Shown here in pieces: positions 47,701-60,916 of a stretch of DNA of 64,000 nt (positions are counted from its first letter, which is position 1; each line of letters starts with the position of its first letter). This DNA is from Nemertoderma westbladi. Taxonomy: Eukaryota; Animalia; Xenacoelomorpha. The notes beneath the pieces are model-generated. The model searched no databases. It was given only the letters and a program-made list of their open reading frames with translations, and was not told the origin of the DNA. The position numbers and the translations under genes are program-made. Location: contig JAUCBJ010001140.1 of NCBI GenBank assembly GCA_032718475.1, positions 133,054 to 197,053 of the forward strand, in the 5' to 3' direction.

Positions 47701-50700
47701 TTCTAGATTATTATTGAGAACATACTTACCGTGTTCTGTGCCTATTATTGAGAACATACTTACCGTGTTCTGTGCCTATTATTAAGAACATACTTACCAT
47801 GTTCTAGACTACTATTGGGAACATACTTACCGTGTTCTGCGCCTACTATTGGGAACATACTTACCGTGTTCTGTGCCTATTATTGAGAACATACTTACCG
47901 TGTTCTAGATTATTATTGAGAACATACTTACCGTGTTCTGTGCCTATTATTGAGAACATACTTACCGTGTTCTGTGCCTATTATTAAGAACATACTTATC
48001 GTGTTCTAGATTATTATTGAGAACATACTTACCGTGTTCTGTGCCTATTATTGAGAACACTTACCGTGTTCTGTGCCTATTATTAAGAACATACTTACCG
48101 TGTTCTAGATTATTATTGAGAACATACTTACCGTGTTCTAGACTACTATTGAGAACATACTTACCGTGTTCTGTGCCTATTATTGAGAACATACTTACCG
48201 TGTTCTAGATTATTATTGAGAACATACTTACCGTGTTCTGTGCCTATTATTAAGAACATACTTACCGTGTTCTAGATTATTATTGAGAACATACTTACCG
48301 TGTTCTGTGCCTATTATTGAGAACACTTACCGTGTCCTGTGCCTATTATTAAGAACATACTTACCGTGTTCTAGATTATTATTGAGAACATACTTACCGT
48401 GTTCTAGACTACTATTGAGAACATACTTACCGTGTTCTGTGCCTATTATTAAGAACATACTTACCGTGTTCTAGATTATTATTGAGAACATACTTACCGT
48501 GTTCTGTGCCTATTATTGAGAACATACTTACCGTGTTCTGTCCTATTATTAAGAACATACTTACCGTGTTCTAGACTACTATTGGGAACATACTTACCGT
48601 GTTCTAGACTACTATTGAGAACATACTTACCGTGTTCTGTGCCTATTATTAAGAACATACTTACCGTGTTCTAGATTATTATTGAGAACATACTTACCGT
48701 GTTCTAGACTACTATTGAGAACATACTTACCGTGTTCTGTGCCTATTATTAAGAACATACTTACCGTGTTCTAGATTATTATTGAGAACCTACTTACCGT
48801 GTTCTGTGCCTATTATTGAGAACATACTTACCGTGTTCTGTGCCTATTATTAAGAACATACTTACCATGTTCTAGACTACTATTGGGAACATACTTACCG
48901 TGTTCTGCGCCTACTATTGGGAACATACTTACCGTGTTCTGTGCCTATTATTGAGAACATACTTACCGTGTTCTAGATTATTATTGAGAACATACTTACC
49001 GTGTTCTGTGCCTATTATTGAGAACATACTTACCGTGTTCTGTGCCTATTATTAAGAACATACTTATCGTGTTCTAGATTATTATTGAGAACATACTTAC
49101 CGTGTTCTGTGCCTATTATTGAGAACACTTACCGTGTTCTGTGCCTATTATTAAGAACATACTTACCGTGTTCTAGATTATTATTGAGAACATACTTACC
49201 GTGTTCTAGACTACTATTGAGAACATACTTACCGTGTTCTGTGCCTATTATTAAGAACATACTTACCGTGTTCTAGATTATTATTAAGAACATACTTACC
49301 GTGTTCTAGACTACTATTGAGAACATACTTACCGTGTTCTGTGCCTATTATTAAGAACATACTTACCGTGTTCTGTGCCTATTATTGAGAACATACTTAC
49401 CGTGATCTGTACTTATTATTGAGAACATACTTACCGTGTTCTAGATTATTATTGAGAACATACTTACCGTGTTCTGTGCCTATTATTGAGAACATACTTA
49501 CCGTGTTCTGTGCCTATTATTAAGAACATACTTACCGTGTTCTAGACTACTATTGAGAACATACTTACCGTGATTTGTACTTATTATTGAGAACATACTT
49601 ACCGTGTTCTAGATTATTATTGAGAACATACTTACCGTGTTCTGTGCCTATTATTGAGAACATACTTACCGTGTTCTGTGCCTATTATTAAGAACATACT
49701 TACCGTGTTCTAGATTATTATTGAGAACATACTTACCGTGTTCTGTGCCTATTATTGAGAACACTTACCGTGTTCTGTGCCTATTATTAAGAACATACTT
49801 ACCGTGTTCTAGATTATTATTGAGAACATACTTACCGTGTTCTGTGCCTATTATTGAGAACACTTACCATGTTCTAGACTACTATTGAGAACATACTTAC
49901 CGTGTTCTAGACTACTATTGAGAACATACTTACCGTGATTTGTACTTATTATTGAGAACATACTTACCGTGTGCTAGATTATTATTGAGAACATACTTAC
50001 CGTGTTCTAGACTACTATTGAGAACATACTTACCGTGTTCTGTGCCTATTATTAAGAACATACTTACCGTGTTCTAGATTATTATTGAGAACATACTTAC
50101 CGTGTTCTGTGTCTATTATTGAGAACATACTTACCGTGTTCTGTGCCTATTATTAAGAACATACTTACCGTGTTCTAGATTATTATTGAGAACATACTTA
50201 CCGTGATCTGTACTTATTATTGAGAACATACTTACCGTGTTCTAGACTATTATTGAGAACATACTTACCGTGTTCTAGACTATTATTGAGAACATACTTA
50301 CCGTGTTCTAGACTACTATTGAGAACATACTTACCGTGATTTGTACTTATTATTGAGAACACTTACCGTGTTCTAGATTATTATTGAGAACATACTTACC
50401 GTGTTCTGTGCCTATTATTGAGAACATACTTACCGTGTTCTGTGCCTATTATTAAGAACATACTTACCATGTTCTAGATTATTATTGAGAACATACTTAC
50501 CGTGATCTGTACTTATTATTGAGAACATACTTACCGTGTTCTGTGCCTATTATTAAGAACATACTTACCGTGTTCTAGATTATTATTGAGAACATACTTA
50601 CCGTGTTCTGTGCCTATTATTGAGAACACTTACCGTGTTCTGTGCCTATTATTAAGAACATACTTACCGTGTTCTAGATTATTATTGAGAACATACTTAA

Positions 50701-53700
50701 CGTGTTCTGTGCCTATTATGGAGAACATACTTACCGTGTTCTGTGCCTATTATTAAGAACATACTTACCGTGTTCTAGATTATTATTGAGAACATACTTA
50801 CCGTGTTCTGTGCCTATTATTGAGAACATACTTACCGTGTTCTGTGCCTATTATTAAGAACATACTTACCGTGTTCTAGATTATTATTGAGAACATACTT
50901 ACCGTGTTCTAGACTACTATTGAGAACATACTTACCGTGTTCTGTGCCTATTATTGAGAACATACTTACCGTGTTCTAGATTATTATTGAGAACATACTT
51001 AACGTGTTCTGTGCCTATTATTGAGAACATACTTACCGTGTTCTGTGCCTATTATTAAGAACATACTTACCGTGTTCTAGACTACTATTGAGAACATACT
51101 TACCGTGTTCTGTGCCTATTATTGAGAACATACTTACCGTGTTCTGTGCCTATTATTAAGAACATACTTACCGTGTTCTAGATTATTATTGAGAACATAC
51201 TTACCGTGTTCTGTGCCTATTATTGAGAACACTTACCGTGTTCTGTGCCTATTATTAAGAACATACTTACCGTGTTCTAGATTATTATTAAGAACATACT
51301 TACCGTGTTCTAGACTACTATTGAGAACATACTTACCGTGTTCTAGACTACTATTTATTGAGAACATACTTACCGTGATTTGTACTTATTATTGAGAACA
51401 TACTTACCGTGTTCTAGATTATTATTGAGAACATACTTACCGTGTTCTAGACTACTATTGAGAACATACTTACCGTGATTTGTACTTATTATTGAGAACA
51501 TACTTACCGTGTTCTAGATTATTATTGAGAACATACTTACCGTGATCTGTACTTATTATTGAGAACACACTTACCGTGTTCTGTTCCTATTATTGAGAAC
51601 ATACTTACCGTGATCTGCTTCTATTATTGAGATCATACTTACCGTGTTCTGTGCCTATTATTGAGAACATACTTACCGTGTTCTGTGCCTATTATTAAGA
51701 ACATACTTACCATGTTCTAGACTACTATTGAGAACATACTTACCGTGATTTGTACTTATTATTGAGAACATACTTACCGTGTTCTAGATTATTATTGAGA
51801 ACATACTTACCGTGATCTGTACTTATTATTGAGAAAACACTTACCGTGTTCTGTTCCTATTATTGAGAACATACTTACCGTGATCTGCTTCTATTATTGA
51901 GATCATACTTACCGTGTTCTGTGCCTATTATTGAGAACATACTTACCGTGTTCTGTGCCTATTATTGAGAACATACTTACCGTGTTCTGTGCCTATTATT
52001 AAGAACATACTTACCGTGTTCTAGACTACTATTGAGAACATACTTACCGTGTTCTGTGCCTATTATTGAGAACATACTTACCGTGTTCTGTGCCTATTAT
52101 TAAGAACATACTTACCGTGTTCTAGATTATTATTGAGAACATACTTACCGTGTTCTGTGCCTATTATTGAGAACACTTACCGTGTTCTGTGCCTATTATT
52201 AAGAACATACTTACCGTGTTCTAGATTATTATTGAGAACATACTTAACGTGTTCTGTGCCTATTATTAAGAACATACTTACCGTGTTCTGCGCCTATTAT
52301 TAAGAACATACTTACCGTGTTCTAGACTACTATTGAGAACATACTTACCGTGTTCTAGACTACTATTGAGAACATACTTACCGTGATTTGTACTTATTAT
52401 TGAGAACATACTTACCGTGTTCTAGATTATTATTGAGAACATACTTACCGTGATCTGTACTTATTATTGAGAACACACTTACCGTGTTCTGTTCCTATTA
52501 TTGAGAACATACTTACCGTGTTCTAGACTACTATTGAGAATATACTTACCGTGTTCTAGACTACTATTGAGAACATACTTACCGTGATTTGTACTTATTA
52601 TTGAGAACATACTTACCGTGTTCTAGATTATTATTGAGAACATACTTACCGTGATCTGTACTTATTATTGAGAACACACTTACCGTGTTCTGTTCCTATT
52701 ATTGAGAACATACTTACCGTGTTCTAGACTACTATTGAGAACATACTTACCGTGTTCTAGACTACTATTGAGAACATACTTACCGTGATTTGTACTTATT
52801 ATTGAGAACATACTTACCGTGTTCTAGATTATTATTGAGAACATACTTACCGTGATCTGTACTTATTATTGAGAACACACTTACCGTGTTCTGTTCCTAT
52901 TATTGAGAACATACTTACCGTGTTCTAGATCTATTATTGAGAACATACTTACCGTGTTCTGTGCCTATTATTAAGAACATACTTACCGTGTTCTGTGCCT
53001 ATTATTGAGAACATACTTACCGTGTTCTAGACTACTATTGAGAACATACTTACCGTGTTTGTACTATTATTGAGAACATACTTACCGTGTTCTAGACTAC
53101 TATTGAGAACATACTTACCGTGTTCTGTGCCTATTATTGAGAACATACTTACCGTGTTCTGTGCCTATTATTAAGAACATACTTACCGTGTTCTAGATTA
53201 TTATTGAGAACATACTTACCGTGTTCTGTGCCTATTATTGAGAACATACTTACCGTGTTCTGTGCCTATTATTAAGAACATACTTACCGTGTTCTAGATT
53301 ATTATTGAGAACATACTTAACGTGTTCTGTGCCTATTATTAAGAACATACTTACCGTGTTCTGTGCCTATTATTAAGAACATACTTACCGTGTTCTAGAC
53401 TACTATTGAGAACATACTTACCGTGTTCTAGACTACTATTGAGAACATACTTACCGTGATTTGTACTTATTATTGAGAACATACTTACCGTGTTCTAGAT
53501 TATTATTGAGAACATACTTACCGTGATCTGTACTTATTATTGAGAACACACTTACCGTGTTCTGTTCCTATTATTAGAACATACTTACCGTGTTCTAGAC
53601 TACTATTGAGAACATACTTACCGTGTTCTAGACTACTATTGAGAACATACTTACCGTGATTTGTACTTATTATTGAGAACATACTTACCGTGTTCTAGAT

Positions 53701-56700
53701 TATTATTGAGAACATACTTACCGTGTTCTGTGCCTATTATTGAGAACATACTTACCGTGTTCTGCTATATTAGAACATACTTACCGTGTTCTGATTATTA
53801 TTGAGAACATACTTACCGTGTTCTAGATTATTATTGAGAACATACTTACCGTGATCTGTACTTATTATTGAGAACACACTTACCGTGTTCTGTTCCTATT
53901 ATTGAGAACATACTTACCGTGTTCTAGACTATTATTGAGAACATACTTACCGTGTTCTAGACTACTATTGAGAACATACTTACCGTGATTTGTACTTATT
54001 ATTGAGAACATACTTACCGTGTTCTAGATTATTATTGAGAACATACTTACCGTGTTCTGTGCCTATTATTGAGAACACTTACCGTGTTCTGTGCCTATTA
54101 TTAAGAACATACTTACCGTGTTCTAGATTATTATTGAGAACATACTTACCGTGTTCTAGATTATTATTGAGAACATACTTACCGTGATCTGTACTTATTA
54201 TTGAGAACACACTTACCGTGTTCTGTGCCTATTATTGAGAACATACTTACCGTGTTCTGCGCCTATTATTAAGAACATACTTACCGTGTTCTAGATTATT
54301 ATTGAGAACATACTTAACGTGTTCTGTGCCTATTATTAAGAACATACTTACCGTGTTCTGTGCCTATTATTAAGAACATACTTACCGTGTTCTAGATTAT
54401 TATTGAGAACATACTTACCGTGTTCTGTGCCTATTATTGAGAACATACTTACCGTGTTCTGTGCCTATTATTAAGAACATACTTACCGTGTTCTAGACTA
54501 CTATTGAGAACATACTTACCGTGTTCTAGACTACTATTGAGAACATACTTACCGTGATTTGTACTTATTATTGAGAACATACTTACCGTGTTCTAGATTA
54601 TTATTGAGAACATACTTACCGTGTTCTGTACTTATTATTGAGAACACACTTACCGTGTTCTGTTCCTATTATTGAGAACATACTTACCGTGTTCTAGACT
54701 ACTATTGAGAACATACTTACCGTGTTCTGTGCCTATTATTGAGAACATACTTACCGTGTTCTGTGCCTATTATTAAGAACATACTTACCGTGTTCTAGAT
54801 TATTATTGAGAACATACTTAACGTGTTCTGTGCCTATTATTAAGAACATACTTACCGTGTTCTGCGCCTATTATTAAGAACATACTTACCGTGTTCTAGA
54901 TTATTATTGAGAACATACTTACCGTGTTCTAGATTATTATTGAGAACATACTTACCGTGATCTGTACTTATTATTGAGAACACACTTACCGTGTTCTGTT
55001 CCTATTATTGAGAACATACTTACCGTGTTCTAGACTACTATTGAGAACATACTTACCGTGTTCTAGACTACTATTGAGAACATACTTACCGTGATTTGTA
55101 CTTATTATTGAGAACATACTTACCGTGTTCTAGATTATTATTGAGAACATACTTACCGTGTTCTGTGCCTATTATTGAGAACACTTACCGTGTTCTGTGC
55201 CTATTATTAAGAACATACTTACCGTGTTCTAGATTATTATTGAGAACATACTTACCGTGTTCTAGATTATTATTGAGAACATACTTACCGTGATCTGTAC
55301 TTATTATTGAGAACACACTTACCGTGTTCTGTTCCTATTATTGAGAACATACTTACCGTGTTCTAGACTACTATTGAGAACATACTTACCGTGTTCTAGA
55401 CTACTATTGAGAACATACTTACCGTGATTTGTACTTATTATTGAGAACATACTTACCGTGTTCTAGATTATTATTGAGAACATACTTACCGTGTTCTGTG
55501 CCTATTATTGAGAACACTTACCGTGTTCTGTGCCTATTATTAAGAACATACTTACCGTGTTCTAGATTATTATTGAGAACATACTTAACGTGTTCTGTGC
55601 CTATTATTAAGAACATACTTACCGTGTTCTGCGCCTATTATTAAGAACATACTTACCGTGTTCTAGACTACTATTGAGAACATACTTACCGTGTTCTAGA
55701 CTACTATTGAGAACATACTTACCGTGATTTGTACTTATTATTGAGAACATACTTACCGTGTTCTAGATTATTATTGAGAACATACTTACCGTGATCTGTA
55801 CTTATTATTGAGAACACACTTACCGTGTTCTGTTCCTATTATTGAGAACATACTTACCGTGTTCTAGACTACTATTGAGAACATACTTACCGTGTTCTAG
55901 ACTACTATTGAGAACATACTTACCGTGTTCTAGACTACTATTGAGAACATACTTACCGTGTTCTAGACTACTATTGAGAACATACTTACCGTGTTCTAGA
56001 CTACTATTGAGAACATACTTACCGTGTTCTAGACTACTATTGAGAACATACTTACCGTGTTCTAGACTACTATTGAGAACATACTTACCGTGTTCTAGAC
56101 TACTATTGAGAACATACTTACCGTGTTCTAGACTACTATTGAGAACATACTTACCGTGTTCTAGACTACTATTGAGAACATACTTACCGTGTTCTGTGCC
56201 TATTATTGAGAACATACTTACCGTGTTCTGTGCCTATTATTAAGAACATACTTACCGTGATTTGTACTTATTATTGAGAACATACTTACCGTGTTCTAGA
56301 TTATTATTGAGAACATACTTACCGTGATCTGTACTTATTATTGAGAACACACTTACCGTGTTCTGTTCCTATTATTGAGAACATACTTACCGTGTTCTAG
56401 ACTACTATTGAGAACATACTTACCGTGTTCTGTGCCTATTATTGAGAACACACTTACCGTGTTCTGTTCCTATTATTGAGAACATACTTACCGTGTTCTA
56501 GACTACTATTGAGAACATACTTACCGTGTTCTGTGCCTATTATTGAGAACATACTTACCGTGTTCTGTGCCTATTATTGAGAACACACTTACCGTGTTCT
56601 GTGCCTATTATTAAGAACATACTTACCGTGTTCTAGACTACTATTGAGAACATACTTACCGTGTTCTAGACTACTATTGAGAACATACTTACCGTGATTT

Positions 56701-59700
56701 GTACTTATTATTGAGAACATACTTACCGTGTTCTGTGCCTATTATTGAGAACACACTTACCGTGTTCTAGATTATTATTGAGAACATACTTACCGTGTTC
56801 TAGATTATTATTGAGAACATACTTACCGTGATCTGTACTTATTATTGAGAACACACTTACCGTGTTCTGTTCCTATTATTGAGAACATACTTACCGTGTT
56901 CTAGACTACTATTGAGAACATACTTACCGTGTTCTAGACTACTATTGAGAACATACTTACCGTGTTCTGTGTCTATTATTGAGAACATATTTACCGTTGT
57001 TCTAGACTACTATTGAGAACATACTTACCGTGTTCTAGACTACTATTGAGAACATACTTACCGTGATTTGTACTTATTATTGAGAACATACTTACCGTGT
57101 TCTAGATTATTATTGAGAACATACTTACCGTGATTTGTACTTATTATTGAGAACATACTTACCGTGTTCTAGATTATTATTGAGAACATACTTACCGTGA
57201 TTTGTACTTATTATTGAGAACATACTTACCGTGTTCTAGATTATTATTGAGAACATACTTACCGTGATCTGTACTTATTATTGAGAACACACTTACCGTG
57301 TTCTGTTCCTATTATTGAGAACATACTTACCGTGTTCTAGACTACTATTGAGAACATACTTACCGTGTTCTAGACTACTATTGAGAACATACTTACCGTG
57401 ATTTGTACTTATTATTGAGAACACTTACCGTGTTCTGTGCCTATTATTGAGAACATACTTACCGTGTTCTAGACTACTATTGAGAACATACTTACCGTAT
57501 TCTGTGCCTATTATTGAGAACATACTTACCGTGTTCTGTGCCTATTATTGAGAACATACTTACCGTGTTCTAGATTATTATTGAGAACATACTTACCGTG
57601 ATCTGTACTTATTATTGAGAACACACTTACCGTGTTCTGTTCCTATTATTGAGAACATACTTACCGTGTTCTAGACTACTATTGAGAACATAGTTACCGT
57701 GTTCTAGACTACTATTGAGAACATACTTACCGTGATTTGTACTTATTATTGAGAACATACTTACCGTGTTCTAGATTATTATTGAGAACATACTTACCGT
57801 GATTTGTACTTATTATTGAGAACATACTTACCGTGTTCTAGATTATTATTGAGAACATACTTACCGTGATTTGTACTTATTATTGAGAACATACTTACCG
57901 TGTTCTAGATTATTATTGAGAACATACTTACCGTGATCTGTACTTATTATTGAGAACACACTTACCGTGTTCTGTTCCTATTATTGAGAACATACTTACC
58001 GTGTTCTAGACTACTATTGAGAACATACTTACCGTGTTCTAGACTACTATTGAGAACATACTTACCGTGATTTGTACTTATTATTGAGAACACTTACCGT
58101 GTTCTGTGCCTATTATTGAGAACATACTTACCGTGTTCTAGACTACTATTGAGAACATACTTACCGTGTTCTGTGCCTATTATTGAGAACATACTTACCG
58201 TGTTCTGTGCCTATTATTGAGAACATACTTACCGTGTTCTAGATTATTATTGAGAACATACTTACCGTGATCTGTACTTATTATTGAGAACACACTTACC
58301 GTGTTCTGTTCCTATTATTGAGAACATACTTACCGTGTTCTAGACTACTATTGAGAACATACTTACCGTGATCTGCTTCTATTATTGAGATCATACTTAC
58401 CGTGATCTGTACTTATTATTGAGAACACACTTACCGTGTTCTGTTCCTATTATTGAGAACATACTTACCGTGTTCTAGACTACTATTGAGAACATACTTA
58501 CCGTGATCTGTACTTATTATTGAGAACACACTTACCGTGTTCTGTTCCTATTATTGAGAACATACTTACCGTGTTCTAGACTACTATTGAGAACATACTT
58601 ACCGTGATCTGCTTCTATTATTGAGATCATACTTACCGTGTTCTGTGCCTATTATTGAGAACATACTTACCGTGTTCTAGACTACTATTGAGAACATACT
58701 TACCGTGTTCTAGACTACTATTGAGAACATACTTACCGTGATTTGTACTTATTATTGAGAACATACTTACCGTGTTCTAGATTATTATTGAGAACATACT
58801 TACCGTGATCTGTACTTATTATTGAGAACACACTTACCGTGTTCTGGCCTACTATTGAGAACATACTTACCGTGTTCTGTGCCTATTATTGAGAACATAC
58901 TTACCGTGTTCTAGACTACTATTGAGAACATACTTACCGTGATTTGTACTTATTATTGAGAACATACTTACCGTGTTCTAGATTATTATTGAGAACATAC
59001 TTACCGTGATCTGTACTTATTATTGAGAACACACTTACCGTGTTCTGTGCCTATTATTGAGAACATACTTACCGTGTTCTAGACTACTATTGAGAACATA
59101 CTTACCGTGTTCTAGACTACTATTGAGAACATACTTACCGTGTTCTGTGCCTATTATTGAGAACATACTTACCGTGTTCTGTGCCTATTATTAAGAACAT
59201 ACTTACCGTGTTCTAGATTATTATTGAGAACATACTTACCGTGTTCTGTGCCTATTATTGAGAACACTTACCGTGTTCTGTGCCTATTATTAAGAACATA
59301 CTTACCGTGTTCTAGATTATTATTGAGAACATACTTAACGTGTTCTGTGCCTATTATTAAGAACATACTTACCGTGTTCTGCGCCTATTATTAAGAACAT
59401 ACTTACCGTGTTCTAGACTACTATTGAGAACATACTTACCGTGTTCTAGACTACTATTGAGAACATACTTACCGTGATTTGTACTTATTATTGAGAACAT
59501 ACTTACCGTGTTCTAGATCCTATTATTGAGAACATACTTACCGTGTTCTAGACTACTATTGAGAACATACTTACCGTGATTCTGTACTTATTATTGAGAA
59601 CATACTTACCGTGTTCTAGATCTATTATTGAGAACATACTTACCGTGATCTGTACCTATTATTGAGAACACACTTACCGTGTTCTGTTCCTATTATTGAG

Positions 59701-60330
59701 AACATACTTACCGTGATCTGCTTCTATTATTGAGATCATACTTACCCTGTTCTGTGCCTATTATTGAGAACATACTTACCGTGTTCTGAGCCTACTATTG
59801 AGAACATACTTACCGTGTTCTGTGCCTATTATTGAGAACATACTTACCGTGTTCTAGACTATTATTGAGACATACTTACCGTATTGTGTGCCTATTATTG
59901 AGAACACTTACCGTGTTCTGCGCCTATTATTGAAAACATACTTACCGTGTTCTGTGCCTATTTTTGAGAACATACTTACCGTGTTCTGTGCCTATTATTG
60001 AGAACATACTTACCGTGTTCTGCGCCTACTATTGAGAACATACTTACCGTGTTCTAGATTATTATTGAGAACATACTTACCGTGTTCTGTGCCTATTATT
60101 GAGAACATACTTACCGTGTTCTGTGACTATCTATTGAGAACATACTTACCGTGTTCTGTACTTATTATTGAGAACATACTTACCGTGTTCTGGCCTACTA
60201 TTGAGAACATACTTACCGTGTTCTGCACCTATTATTGAGAACATATTTACCGTGGTTCTAGAATATTATTGAAAACATACTTTCCGTGTTCTGTACCTAT
60301 TATTGTGAACATATTTACCGTGGTTCTAGA
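41741..60330. repeat. ~18.6-kb satellite of 33/34-bp units (roughly 550 copies, estimated from length)
   Basis: Units GAGAACATACTTACCGTGTTCTGTGCCTATTATT (34 bp) and GAGAACATACTTACCGTGTTCTAGACTACTATT (33 bp) plus minor variants, forming a continuous array. Confidence 0.98.
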
Positions 60331-60337
60331 AGACGTT

Positions 60338-60916
60338 AGGACATTTCGTACCCGGACAATTCGTAGCGGACAATTCGTACCCGGATAATTTGTACCCAGA
60401 CAATTCATACCCGAAATTTTTTTATGATGGGTACGAATTGTCCGGATACAGATAAAATAGGTTTTTTTTTTCTAAAACAAATATTTGACCTTCTAACAGT
60501 TGGGTGGTATTTTTTTCCAAAAAAATGTTCTAAAAAATGATGTGTTCTAGTACTTCTAGAACTTCTAGAACAAAAATATTTATCAAAATTGACAACTAAC
60601 ACGCGTTCTATAACATTTATAAAAAAAAGTAGATAAAAATAGCTAACAAAACAGTATGAAAAATAAAAAATGTGTTCTAGGACAAAAAAAAGTATTCTAG
60701 AACAAAAATATTCATCAAAATTGATAGCTAACACGTGTTCTATAACATTTATAAAAAAAAATTAGCAAAAATATCCAGTAAAAAAAAATCAATATTGCGT
60801 ACTTTCACAGTCAGTATCCGGACAATTCGTATCGGGACAATTCGTACCCGTCAAAAAAAATTTCGGTTAAAAATTATCCGGGTACAAATTTTCCGGGTAC
60901 GAATTGTCCGGAGAAC
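60338..60916. mobile_element. MITE with GGACAATTCGTACCC tandem-repeat TIRs (Mutator-like)
   Basis: 15-bp GGACAATTCGTACCC repeats at the left; inverted GGGTACGAATTGTCC at the right. The termini overlap neighbouring elements and no TSD was found. Confidence 0.6.

Noticed and set aside
41741-60330. CRISPR-like array, or protein-coding repeats (RTYLPCSRLLL ORFs)
   Set aside because: The variable part is only a few recurring variants rather than unique spacers, there are no cas genes, and the context is eukaryotic. The ORFs are by-products of 33-bp periodicity.
60540-60750. MITE-internal GTGTTCTA words as the source of the large satellite
   Set aside because: The similarity is limited to ~8 bp and lacks the ATACTTACC core, which is too weak to support.
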